Source: Gekko japonicus
Taxonomy: Eukaryota
DNA length: 64,000 nucleotides
Reading direction: 5' to 3'
Assembly (NCBI RefSeq): GCF_001447785.1
Contig: NW_015170887.1
Coordinates: 4,417,886 to 4,481,885, forward strand
How positions within the stretch are numbered: position 1 is the stretch's first letter; each line of letters opens with the position of its first letter. The position numbers and the translations under genes are program-made. Below the pieces are notes generated by a model, which saw only the letters and a list, made by a program, of their open reading frames with translations, was not told where the DNA came from and did not search any database. Shown here piece after piece: positions 53,163-64,000 of this stretch.

Positions 53163-53808
53163 CAGGGGTCCCCAGCATGGCACCTGTGGGCGCTATGGTG
53201 CCCACCAACACCTTTCCTGGCACCCATTTATAGAAAGTGGGTGGATCCAGATTGAGCACTTGCCCAGAGGGGCTTCTGATTGGCCACTGGAGAGCAGTGG
53301 TCAATAACATTGCTTCAGTAGTAGCTGTCGCCACACGGTTGGTTTCATTCTCTCTCACTCCTCTTTCTCAGTGTATTCTTAAAAATTACTCCCTTTCCCC
53401 TTACAACTCAGGTTCCTCTGGGTGCCAGTTTGGTGTAGTGATTAAAAGCGTGGACTCTAATCTGGGAGAACCGGGTTTGATTCCCCACTCCTCCACATGC
53501 AGCTGCTGCTATGACCTTGGCTCTGTCACAAGTTCTTTCAGAGCTGCTCTCTCACGGGCAATTCTTGAAAGAGCTCTCTCAGCCCCACCTACCTTGTGGG
53601 GAGAGGAAGGGAAAGGAGATTGTAAACCATTCTGAGATTCCTTTGAGTAGTGAAGGGCGGGGTATAAATCCAATATCTTCTCTTCTCTCATTCTTTCTCC
53701 CTGTTTTTATGGCTCCGTCTCCTTCAGCAGCCATGTTAGGGTTACACCTACCACCCTATGTCAGAATTTCAAAGGTGCCTGTGAGCGCAAAAAAATTGGG
53801 GACCCCTG
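53163..53808. mobile_element. hAT-Charlie-like MITE containing a Squam3-like SINE (about 53423-53690)
   Basis: TIRs CAGGGGTCCCCA / TGGGGACCCCTG; degenerate TSD TCATAGGG / CCATACAG. Confidence 0.8.
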
Positions 53809-54736
53809 CCATACAGTTTTCTAGGCAAGAGGCAAACAGAGATGCTTGGCCATTGCCTGCCTCTGTTCCACAAGCCCAGATTTCCTTGCTGGTCTCCCAT
53901 CCTGGTACTAACCAGGATCAACCCTTCTTAGGTTCCAATATCTGAGAAGATTGTACTAGCCTGGGCCATCCAGGTCAGGGCATTTTTTCCCTGCTGTTGT
54001 GGAATAAAAGCACAATTTCTGTGGTTTAGATGATCTTTGCGCTGCTAATCCGGTTTATCCTTCCTCTTTGTTGTAACTTCATGACCTGTTGCTTGTTAGC
54101 TTTGAGTAGTGTGACAACCACTACTGCAGTCTCCTTCTAAAGAAAAAAATAATTGGCATATAATGGCATTCAGTTTCTCAGTGTTTGGTTTCTGAGGGGA
54201 AAGTGTGAATTTAAGAGGGAGAGCTTTGAATATTTTTAGTTGAAACTTGGGGGGCAGCTGGATGGAGAGTATTGCATCTTCGGAATTTGTGGATTTGTAG
54301 ATTTTCTGCTTTATAGCAGTGTGGAGGTGGGGGGAGTGATATGTCATGAAGTAATCATGAAATTGGCTTTTAAAAAACATCATGGAGGGATACTGATGCT
54401 GGTGAATAACGTGGATAACAACCGCCCCTTGTGTGAACAGGAAATTCAGAATGAGAATTATTTCAGTGCTGCAATGTCCACCAATGTGTCGATCCTAAAT
54501 TGAAATCCTGGAGTCTAAATAGCAGAGCATCTGGTTTGCATGCAGAGAGTTCTAAATTCAATCCCCAGTATCACCTTCTAACACAATCCCCAATTTCTCC
54601 TGCTAAAACAATCAGGTAGTATGTACCAGTCTGAGTAATCAGTACAGACCTCAATAGACAAATGGTCTGACTCAGTATAAGTCATGCATGTTCATGCAGT
54701 TGAATAAGAGGCAGCATGGTGTAGCAAACAGAGGTG

Positions 54737-55022
54737 GACCGATTCCACAAAAGCAGTTGTTCCGCCCTCGGTCTCCCATTTCCCCCAGTTGTACTGCTCA
54801 ATTTCCCACTATTTGCTGCATGCCCACATTTTGACCCACTTCTCCCCCCAAATTCCCCTGCATATTCTTGATCCTTGTTTTTTAGGATCAACAAGATATA
54901 GGGGAAATTGAGGGGAGATGCGGGTCAAAATGTGGCCATGCAACAAATAGTGGGAAATTGAGCAGTACAACCAGGGGATACGAAAGACCAAGGGCAGAAC
55001 AACTGCTTTTGCAAAATCGGTT
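54737..55022. mobile_element. Foldback MITE (about 140-bp palindromic arms)
   Basis: GTTGTACTGCTCAATTTCCCACTATTTG mirrored by CAAATAGTGGGAAATTGAGCAGTACAAC; centre about 54879; possible 3-bp TSD GTG. Confidence 0.8.
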
Positions 55023-57065
55023 GTGGACTCGGATCTGCCCTGAGCCTGCCTTGGCAGGGAGGGTGGGGCATAAATCAAATAAAATAAATAAAAAAATCCC
55101 ATGAGACCCTGTTTGAATCCTCGTGCTACCAGAGAAGCTTTCTGGGTGACCTTGAGCCAGATATGCACTCTCAGCCTTATCTACCTCACAGGTGGTGTTG
55201 TGAGAAAATGGGGAAGGGGAAGACAATGTTCTAAGCTGCTTTGGGTTCTCATTGGGGAGAAAAGCATAATATAAATAAATAAATGCAAATGCATGGATGC
55301 AGAAAAACAACAACCAAGCAGTGTAAAAGAGACAAGTGCAGGTTCACCCTTGGGGACGGCAAGGGGAGGCAAGCCTTCTCCCCCCCCCCGCTTCATTAAT
55401 TTCCTTTACCAAATATAAAGGGCCTCAGCACAACACTGAAAAATGAGGAAGACATCCTTTTTGCCTATATACAGACTGCTGAAGAGACACCGGGAACATC
55501 CTCTGCTGCATTAGCATGGTTTTCACACACAACCTGCCATGTTAATTGAAAGATCATTAATTTGCATGGGGGAATTATCTGATTGACTCTCTTCCATGAA
55601 CCCTCTTTATAATTATGCAAATAGTCTAGCACCAGGGAGGGGAACAAAACTCATTTTATTCACTTCAAAAGCAGCGTGTGTGTTTTAAATACCAGTAGGT
55701 GAAGAAACCTGCCGATGATCTACAGAGCAAGAAAGGATCCTAGAACACTGTGGCAAAGAAAGAGTTATTGTACTTGAAAATCTGCTTGGGGGAGAAGCAA
55801 AAAAAAAAGGGGTTGAGCTAGCCTATCACTGTAGCCCCCTGCCTGCTCCCAGGCTGCAGGGCTGACTCCAGATGGAGATGAATTCTCTGCCAGCTTTTCC
55901 ATCCTAGATTTGCCCACTATAAAAATAGATCTTCAGGCTACAACAAAAGTCAACTGAATCCCCACCACCACCCATTTGTCATGCTTGCATTTGTGGGGTC
56001 CCATGGACAGAAAAAAATCTATTCCCTGACAGCCAGGGTGAGAATCGTATTTGTTTCATTGCAAGCCCCTTTGGGGCTCATATTGTGGAGGGGTTTTTTT
56101 CGGGGGGGGGAGGGAATAAGTTCGCAGAAGTATCCTTACCTTCCAGCACGGTGTTACATGATTCTGCACTATTAGAAAATGGATCAGGGATTGCCAGCTG
56201 CAGCCCAGATTTAGCCCTTGAAGGAAATTTGTCTGGCACCTCTAACAAATAAGGATGGGAGTCAATGTCTTAGCTTGCAGAAGATTCAGTCCGTAATATC
56301 CTGGATCTTGGGTAAGAAAGACCTTGCACTGCTACACCCTGAGCCACTCCCAATCAGGATAGACAGTACTGAACTAGATGGACAAATTGTCTGGCTCAGT
56401 ATAAAACAGCTGCATATGATCACATCCTCTTCAATGTGCAGTAAAAAAAAATTGATACACATTTTACTGATAAAATAAAGAAAATTGTTTTCTGAAATTG
56501 CAAGAGGTCACACTTTGATGATCCATTTGTACCGTGATTCCATAGACATTTCTGAGCACATGACTAAGAAGGAGAAGGTGCTTCAACTTTCCTGTTGGCT
56601 TATGCAGCAAAATACATTCCCACTCTTAACACTGTTACTACCGCCAGTGTCTGGAGGAAATGGAGTGGTTCGGCCCACCCTCTCTCCTTTGGATCTCCAT
56701 ACCCAGAATTAAGTTTCAGAATTACTAAGGTGATAACTAATGTGCAGCATTTGTAATAGATATTCTGTTATGTTTTGGGGAAACATAAGGGGGGGATCAA
56801 TATTGAAGCTGCTAACAGGCAGTTTGCAAAATTCAGTTTTCGGGAATGTCAGGACAGGAGGGGACTCCGTGGAGTTGGTGGGACAGAATCAAAAGAGGAA
56901 GTAAGAGATATAAGAACTTCTGCCTCACTTTTTGAAAACACTTCAGTTCTAGAGCTCTTCCTGTGGCCCTCTTGATCCTTTCCCATGGATCATAAGAACA
57001 TAAGAATAGATCAGACCAGTGGTCCACATAGTCCAGCATCCTGTCTCACACAGTGGCCAACCAGT

Positions 57066-57448
57066 TCCTATGGAGTGCCAACTATATGGCATAGAGGCCA
57101 AGGCCTTCCCCTGATGTTGCCTCCTAGCACTGGGATTCAAAGGCTGACTGCCTCTGAATGTGGAGGTTCCCTTTTGTCACTGTGGCTAGTAGCCACTGAT
57201 AGATCTATCCTCCATAAATATATCTAACCCCCTTTTAAAGGTGCCTATGCCTGTGTCCTATGGAGTGCCAACTATATGGCATAGAGGCCAAGGCCTTCCC
57301 CTGATGTTGCCTCCTAGCACTGGGATTCAAAGGCTGACTGCCTCTGAATGTGGAGGTTCCCTTTTGTCACTGTGGCTAGTAGCCACTGATAGATCTATCC
57401 TCCATAAATATATCTAACCCCCTTTTAAAGGTGCCTATGCCTGTGTCC
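57066..57448. repeat. Apparently perfect 190-bp tandem duplication
   Basis: Units start at 57066 and 57256; no mismatch seen by eye. Confidence 0.95.
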
Positions 57449-57618
57449 ATCTCTACATCCTCTAGCAGCAAATTCCACATTTTAATCACTCACTGTGTAA
57501 AGAAGTATTTCCTGTTGTCCATCCTGAATCTACTGCCCATCAGCTTCACTGGATGCCCTCGAATTCTGATATTTTGGGAGAGGGACAAAAAATTCTCTTT
57601 GTTAACTCTCTCCACCCC

Positions 57619-57921
57619 AAATATATATATATTTATTTATTTATAGCTTCGACTTCTATACCGCCCTGACCTCGGAGGGTCTCTGGGCGGTTTACAGAGG
57701 TTTCTAATGTTGCTATCCCTAACTATGGCCACATAGTGGGGGGGAGGGGCTGTCTACCTGCACCCTGGTGGTGAGCATTGCTGTTTCTCCGGCTCGGCTT
57801 CTTCCTTGCAAGGTCTTCTTATGAGGTCTTCCCAGTGGTCTTCGGGTCGGCGCTTCCATCTGGTGTCAGAGATGGATCATGGTGGTTTCTTTTTTCCGGC
57901 AGTCCGTTCTTAGTGCGCAAT
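57619..57921 (-). mobile_element. SINE-like insert with L2-like tail, inside CR1
   Basis: About 110 bp of 3' end shared with 40311-40430. Confidence 0.7.
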
Positions 57922-58177
57922 CCCGTGTATAATTTTATAAACCTCTATCATATCACCCCTTGGTTCCAGACTCTTCAGCCTTTCCTCATAGGGAAGGTTC
58001 TCTAACCTCCTGATCATCTTGGTTGCTGTTTTCTGTACTTTTTCCAGCTCTGCAATATGGTGAGATACGGTGACCAGAACAGTACACAGTATTCCAAATG
58101 AGACTGCACCATAGATCTACACAGAAGCATTATAATAGCTGCCATTTTATGTTCAGTCCCTTTCCTAATAATCCCTA

Positions 58178-58380
58178 ACAAAGAACAAAATTTGAGTCCA
58201 GTGGCACCTTTAAAACCAACAAAATTTTGTTCAAAGTATAAGCTTTCATTTGCAAGCACACCTTTTCAGATAGGTATGTGTATGCACATGAAAACTCATA
58301 GCTTAAATAAAACTTTGTTGGTCTTAAGGGTGCCACTGGACTCTTAACTGTTTCCACTGCTTCAGATCAAAATGGCTATT
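58178..58380. mobile_element. Penelope-like inverted remnant
   Basis: GAGTCCAGTGGCACCTTTAAAACCAACAAA / TTTGTTGGTCTTAAGGGTGCCACTGGACTC. Confidence 0.7.
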
Positions 58381-59980
58381 GCACAAGGCAGGCTCCCTTA
58401 AACGTCGCCATGCAGTCAAAATGCCTGTCACAGTCCCCACTCTCTCTATTCCGAATAATTAAATCACCCACAACCAAAAGCCCACCTCCCCCCAACCCCA
58501 GAGGTGTATCCTTGGTATGAGACAATATTGGTCTACTGCACAAGGCAGGCTCCCTTCTGAGGAATCAGATCTCTCCTTCTCAGACTGATGCCCTCCGACC
58601 TTGAGACTCTCACTTTCCACAATAGCAGAAGAGCTATCAGCACAGGAGTGGGACTGTTCTGGTAAGACCCTGAAGGTCTCTTCTCCAAACCTCTCTCTCT
58701 GCCTCAGCTTCTCCAGGTCAGCAACCATAGCCTCAAGGGAATTAACCTGTTCCCTGAGAGCCAAGAGTGCCATGCAGTGAGCACACACCCATGATTTCCA
58801 CCCACTGGTTCAGTAATCATACATGTGGCACTCCCTGCAAAACACTGGATAGCCCCTGCTCCCCTGCTGGCTTTCTGCCTTCATCCTGTGATCACCTGGA
58901 AGGGAATGTGCATCCTTTTAAGACACAAATATTCAAGACTGAGTAATCCAAGCCTGTATAATCCTAGGTTTTGTCAGTGGGCAGTGCCCCTCCATCACAC
59001 TTGTAACTTGTGATGCAGATGTTCCACTGAACTACTAGTATCAACAGAAGCTTGAACCAAGCAATCCATTTCTGAAAGGGGCCTTCTGTGGGTATAGTTT
59101 TCCATGCTAAATAACTGCAGATTGGAAGGAGGGGTGCCCATTCACAGCTCCAGCACAAGAGGGTCTTTGGCTTATAAAAACATCAGAACTAGGACTCAGA
59201 GGAGTTACCTTTCAACACCCCTGGTTTAGCCTAGCCTGTCATAATCTGGATGAGTTGAGGTTAGTAAAAGGGGAGTTTTTTTCCCCACGGAGAGAGAGGG
59301 GGAGAGAAAGAGATGAGAAGCAGATATTTCCCCTGCTTTCTTTTTATTAATTTCCCAAAGACATTCTTTGAATGCCATCTTACCTTTTCTTTTTCTGTCT
59401 GCCTCTCTCCTGCACTATTTTGCAATCTCCCATCTTCTTGACTGCTGTTCAATTCTGCTTGTTTTAATCCCCTTTACTAGTGAAGCAGAAGGGGGGAGTG
59501 AAATCTGCTGAGAAACGGATTTTCCCTTGAGGGTGAAGCAGACTTCAAAAGGAAAGCCAGCCACTTTGTGAAGGAGAGAGAAAAAATTATCACGAAGAGC
59601 AATAATTACTTTTCAAATATTATCATGGATGATAAGGAACGGGGAACTGAAACCGCAGGCAGGACTTGCCCAGTTTATTTCCTGGGTTTCAGCCCTGGGG
59701 CTGAAGTTCTTGTGGATGGCCTTTGCACAACTGTGTCACCCAGGCAGTCCTCAGCTGAGATTCCTGTATGTCCGCAGCAGTCTAAGAAGAGAGCATGATT
59801 TTTAAAAATTGCATTATTTTGTCCCATGTATGCAGCTCAAACAAGACTCTCTGTGTGTGTGTATGTGTGTGTATTACAGTAGTCAGGATTCTTAGTGACT
59901 CATGCCGTTTCCCCCAGCTGAAGAGCCTAGAAGGGGCATTATTTGTCTTGGTGCAGGGCTGTATGTGCATTGATTACTAC

Positions 59981-60186
59981 CAGTGTTCCCTCTAAGGTGA
60001 GTTAGTGTGAGCTAGCTCACAGTTTTTTAGCCTCTGGCTCCCACATTTTTGTCTTAGCTCAGGAAGGATGGCTCCAGAGCAAACTAATTTTTGCAGTAGC
60101 CAAATTGCTCGCTCACAACTTTAATGCCAGTAGCTCACAAAGTAGAATTTTTGCTCACATGACTCGACAGTTTAGAGGGAGCATTG
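59981..60186. mobile_element. hAT MITE (same family as 6068-6276)
   Basis: TIRs CAGTGTTCCCTCTAA / TTAGAGGGAGCATTG; perfect TSD ATTACTAC. Confidence 0.92.
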
Positions 60187-61154
60187 ATTACTACGTGTAT
60201 TACACAATGGGGTAAAAAGGTCCCCCCACCAGGGCTGTTTCAGCTTGGGTAATCAGTGCGGGGAGGAAGGCAGAGGCTCTTCCTCTACCCCAGGAGCCTG
60301 GTCCTGATCCAGGTCAGGTCCTGCTGTTTTGGGGGAAGTAAGGTTCCCACAATGTCTGTGCAGGTATGGGGAAAGCAAATTAGATCAGAGTGACCCCCCA
60401 ACCCAACTCACTAAAAAAAGTCACATCTAGTTTGAGCCTTAGCCTTTCCCTGCTCAGTTGCTGAAAGACGGGCACAGCACTGCCTTTCCTTCCTGCTTCC
60501 ATTCAGTTTTGATCAATTTCAGGACTCGATGCTGCTTCTCTTTCCTTATAGGCGTCATTGTAATTGGGTGAGCCCTCTAGTCCCTCTGACTCTCCCAGAC
60601 TTACATCTGCCACAATTGAAATCACAGCAGAGTCCTGAGAGTAAAGCATTTAGTTTGGCCCTGTGTGATTCTCCCTCCCAATGTCCCAGCATGATTTGTC
60701 AGCACTGGCTCATCCCATGTACTGCTGAAGGGGGCGCCTAAACATTTTCCTAGGCAGCTTCAGAACAGGCATTTGCAAAAAGCACACACAGCTCCTGGTA
60801 GCACAGAGTTGCAGACAATTCATTGATACGCATAATACATAAGACCTTTTTGTTCACTTGGTTAGCCTCATCATATAAGGTCAAATTACCCCCCAATCAT
60901 TAGATAAAGAGACAGCCTCTCCACTCAGAGTGAAATTTCACTTTCTAGAACAGAGTAATCAGCTGCCAAGGATAGAAGAGACCTGTGCTGAATACAATTT
61001 GCTGTAAATCATATTAACCAGCTGCCAGTTGAATTGAAGTGAATTATGTACATACACGTGTGTGTTTGTGTGGTCATGTGCATGTTTGTGTCTCTGTGAA
61101 TGCATATATCTAGCATTTTGCAGCTGGGATTTCTGTAAGTTTATAGCTGAGCCT

Positions 61155-61790
61155 TTTATTTTATTTATTTATTTATTTGGATTTGTATCCCGCCCTCTCC
61201 GAAGGCTCAGGGCGGCTAACAGAGGCATAAATGCCAGATTATAACAATAAAAACAGTATAAAATACAATAATACACATACTACAGTTAAATAAAATTCTT
61301 AAAATAAATTATCGGTGCTCCAATACTCACTCCAATTCATGAAACCAAGATGGTGTTCTAAGATGTTATATCTGAACAACCACAGCAATGTATGTCCCCA
61401 CAACCCTGTCATCCCCTAGGGACGTCCCGCTCCCTCCGATGATACCCGCACCAGCGGTGGTGGTGTGCAGTGGTGGGAAGGCGTTGATGGAATAGTAGTG
61501 GCGGCAGCTCCTACTCAAAAGCCTGGCGGAAACGCTCCATTTTACAGGCCCTGCGGAACTGTACAAGGTCCCGCAGGGCCCGGATCTCCTCTGGGAGCTC
61601 ATTCCACCAGATAGGAGCCGCCACCGAGAATGCCCTAGCTCTGGTTGTAGCAAGTTTGATGGTCTTGGGGCCTGGGATATCCAGAAGATTTTGGCTCCCC
61701 GACCGTAGTGCCCTTGGGGGAACATGCGGGGAAAGGCAGTCCCTTAGGTAGGCCGGTCCCTGGCCATATAGGGCTTTAAAGATAAGAACC
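61155..61790 (-). mobile_element. L2 LINE 3' end with ORF2 C-terminus
   Basis: Minus strand reads LVLIFKALYGQGPAYLRDCL...RAFSVAAPIWWNELPEEIR...FRRACKMERFRQAFE*; (TTTA)n tail. Confidence 0.88.
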
Positions 61791-62254
61791 AGAGCAACAG
61801 AGAGATCCAGCGCTTTCTAAATATGCTTCTTGGGGCTCAGTCCACAGCTGTTATCAGCTGAAAACTCCTTGATGTAAGCATTCAGGCAGATTGGCCAGTG
61901 ATGCTAAAGTGTTTGAACCACTAATGCCAGCCAGATAGATTTAGAGGATGCTATGATCCCACTGAAAACCATTGATCTTACACAACTGGAAGTTGTAGCA
62001 GAAGAGGAAACACACTCCATGGCAGAGATGAACTAGTGTATACAGAACTCCTTCCTAGGATCCAAACCAATATGAGCATCTCTGTACTGCTTCAAAGAAA
62101 GAGTACTAAGCCATGTATAGATTCCCGACATGATTCTCTATCCCCATACCTGACTCACAAAAGCTCATATTGAAATAACTGTTGTTAGTCTTTAAGGTAA
62201 TGCTAAACTTTTGGTTAATTTTGCCACAAGAAACTAATTTGTGTGTGTGTGAGT

Positions 62255-62475
62255 TTAAAGTGCTGTCAGGTCGTAGGTTACTTATGGCAACCCAGTAGGG
62301 TTTTCAAGGCACGAGACTAGCAGAGGTGGTTTGCCATTGCCTTCCACTTCACAGCAATCCTGGACTTCCTTGGTCGTCTCCCATGTAAGTACTAACCAGG
62401 CCCAACCCTGCTTAGCAGCTAATCCAGGCTAGTTTGGGCCATCCAGGCTAGTTTGGGCCATCCAGGTCCGGGCTA
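62255..62475 (-). mobile_element. 5S rRNA-derived SINE
   Basis: GTCTCCCATGTAAGTACTAACCAGGCCCAACCCTGCTTAGC resembles the reverse complement of 5S rRNA. Confidence 0.8.
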
Positions 62476-62916
62476 CCCCTCTTCAATTAAAGAGTGTGTG
62501 CCAGCAGTACCGAACTCAGAATGACATAGCCTCCCTTTGCCTTTGAGTGCTCTTTGAGCAAGACAGCCCTCCTTTTCATCCCACTCACTTGGATACTGCT
62601 ACCAGATAGGAGAGGATCCTGTGAGATATTTCCATAGTTCAGCCGGATGGCACACACACACAGCCTTGAAATGGAGATGCAGCCTCTCAGTGTCAGTCCC
62701 AGAATCACCCACCTGTCATTCCACACTTAGCTGCTCATGTCTGCATGTGTGCTACACAGTGTACAAGGATATGCTCCAGCAAGAGCTTTGTGAGAGCCCA
62801 GGGAAAAAAAACACAAAAAGGACTTGTTGGCTCTGCATTTGAAAGCCGCCAAGCAGGCATCACTTTATACTCACTGTAGCGCTGACATTTTAATTTATGA
62901 GCTAAGAATGCACTGA

Positions 62917-63063
62917 NNNNNNNNNNNNNNNNNNNNNNNNNNNNNNNNNNNNNNNNNNNNNNNNNNNNNNNNNNNNNNNNNNNNNNNNNNNNNNNNNNNN
63001 NNNNNNNNNNNNNNNNNNNNNNNNNNNNNNNNNNNNNNNNNNNNNNNNNNNNNNNNNNNNNNN
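62917..63063. other. Assembly gap (147 N)
   Basis: Run of N. Confidence 1.
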
Positions 63064-64000
63064 GTTGGAAGCTTGGGCAAGCATTGGAGAGTGTGATTTT
63101 TCATTCTTAGGCACTGTTGTTGTGTCGATTATTAAGGTGCATACTTGGCAAGTTAGACAGGAGCTGCACTAAACAACTTCCTTAATTCCGATGTTTATTT
63201 CTCTCTGGAGAAACATAGGTGCCCTTTCAGATTAAACGATGCCTGGAAGGTGCATGTACAGCACTTGCGATTGCAAGATATTGTTTTCAAACTTTACTGT
63301 ACTTTACTGATTTTATACGTGCTTTTACTAGGTTTGAGCTGATAGAGCCATTTATTTTTTGATTTCTTGTGGCTTTACTGGTTCTTGTCCAGCTCATTTT
63401 CCTTGCTGTCATAGATCTTTTTTGGGGGGAGAAGGGGGTCTTTTATGCCACTTATATGCCTTTTTTGCAACACTTATGTGCCACATTTACACTATTGATA
63501 CAGAAATAACAGTGAAAATGCATTGATTTTAATAGAAAAAATCCAGCCTCAGGAAACAGAAGCTGTTATGAAAACAAAACTCCCAGGCTCATTTCTGACA
63601 TGAAATTGAAATAGAGATATTTGAATCAAAACAGAAATCTTTTGACATTCAGCCTCATCTCTAATTTTTACAGGAATTCAGACCCAAAGTTTATTGTGGT
63701 ATATTGGGTTCCTTTTCACAGCATTATAATATCGGGGTGCTAGTTTTGCATAGCAAAGAGTCCTCAGATTTATGGTGCTGACATGTAAATACAATGTTTT
63801 TATGCTCCTTCCAGAATCTGTGTTAAATATCAAAATATATGAATGTCTCAATTCAATCTATGAGGGGCCATGGGTAGTCTGCATGCAGAACATCTCAAGT
63901 CCGATTCTCGGCATCTCCAGTTGTAAGGATGAGTTATATGGCGATGTAACGACCTCAGCCCCAAATCCCAAAGAGCCACTTCCAATCAGAGCAGACTCTA

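Larger units (their letters stand above)
52917..53981 (-). mobile_element. 5S-derived SINE split by two hAT insertions
   Basis: Pieces at 52917-52949, 53147-53162 and 53809-53981 join into a sequence like 62255-62475. Confidence 0.75.
56991..58880 (-). mobile_element. Old, heavily deleted CR1 (3' UTR/ORF2 at 56991-58177, ORF1 remnant at 58380-58880)
   Basis: CATAAGAACATAAG tail; SMVQSHLEYCVLFWSPY; ORF1-like CAHCMALLALREQVNSLEAMVADLEKLRQ. Confidence 0.8.

Noticed and set aside
62895-63114. ORFs spanning the N run
   Set aside because: Artefacts of the assembly gap

Overview
Eukaryotic, vertebrate DNA, most likely a squamate reptile and probably a gecko (inferred from Sauria-type, Squam3-like and 5S-derived SINEs alongside CR1, L2 and Penelope remnants). 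I recognise no host protein-coding exon, so this reads as a large intron or gene desert. The only protein similarities I can support are transposon relics: CR1 RT and ORF1, the L2 ORF2 C-terminus, a hAT transposase fragment, a Helitron PIF1-helicase C-terminus and a LINE CCHC tail. The window is dense in nested insertions whose boundaries can be resolved from TIRs and TSDs: a complete non-autonomous Helitron inserted in a Penelope hammerhead motif, a composite hAT element carrying Helitron-like sequence, a solo LTR, two chimeric SINE-like inserts inside CR1s, and a multi-level nested stack. Repeat-free stretches may be conserved enhancers, and there is one candidate 13-nt microexon. A 147-N assembly gap lies at 62917-63063. 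I found no convincing novel multi-gene system. All family names come from recalled motifs, not database searches.
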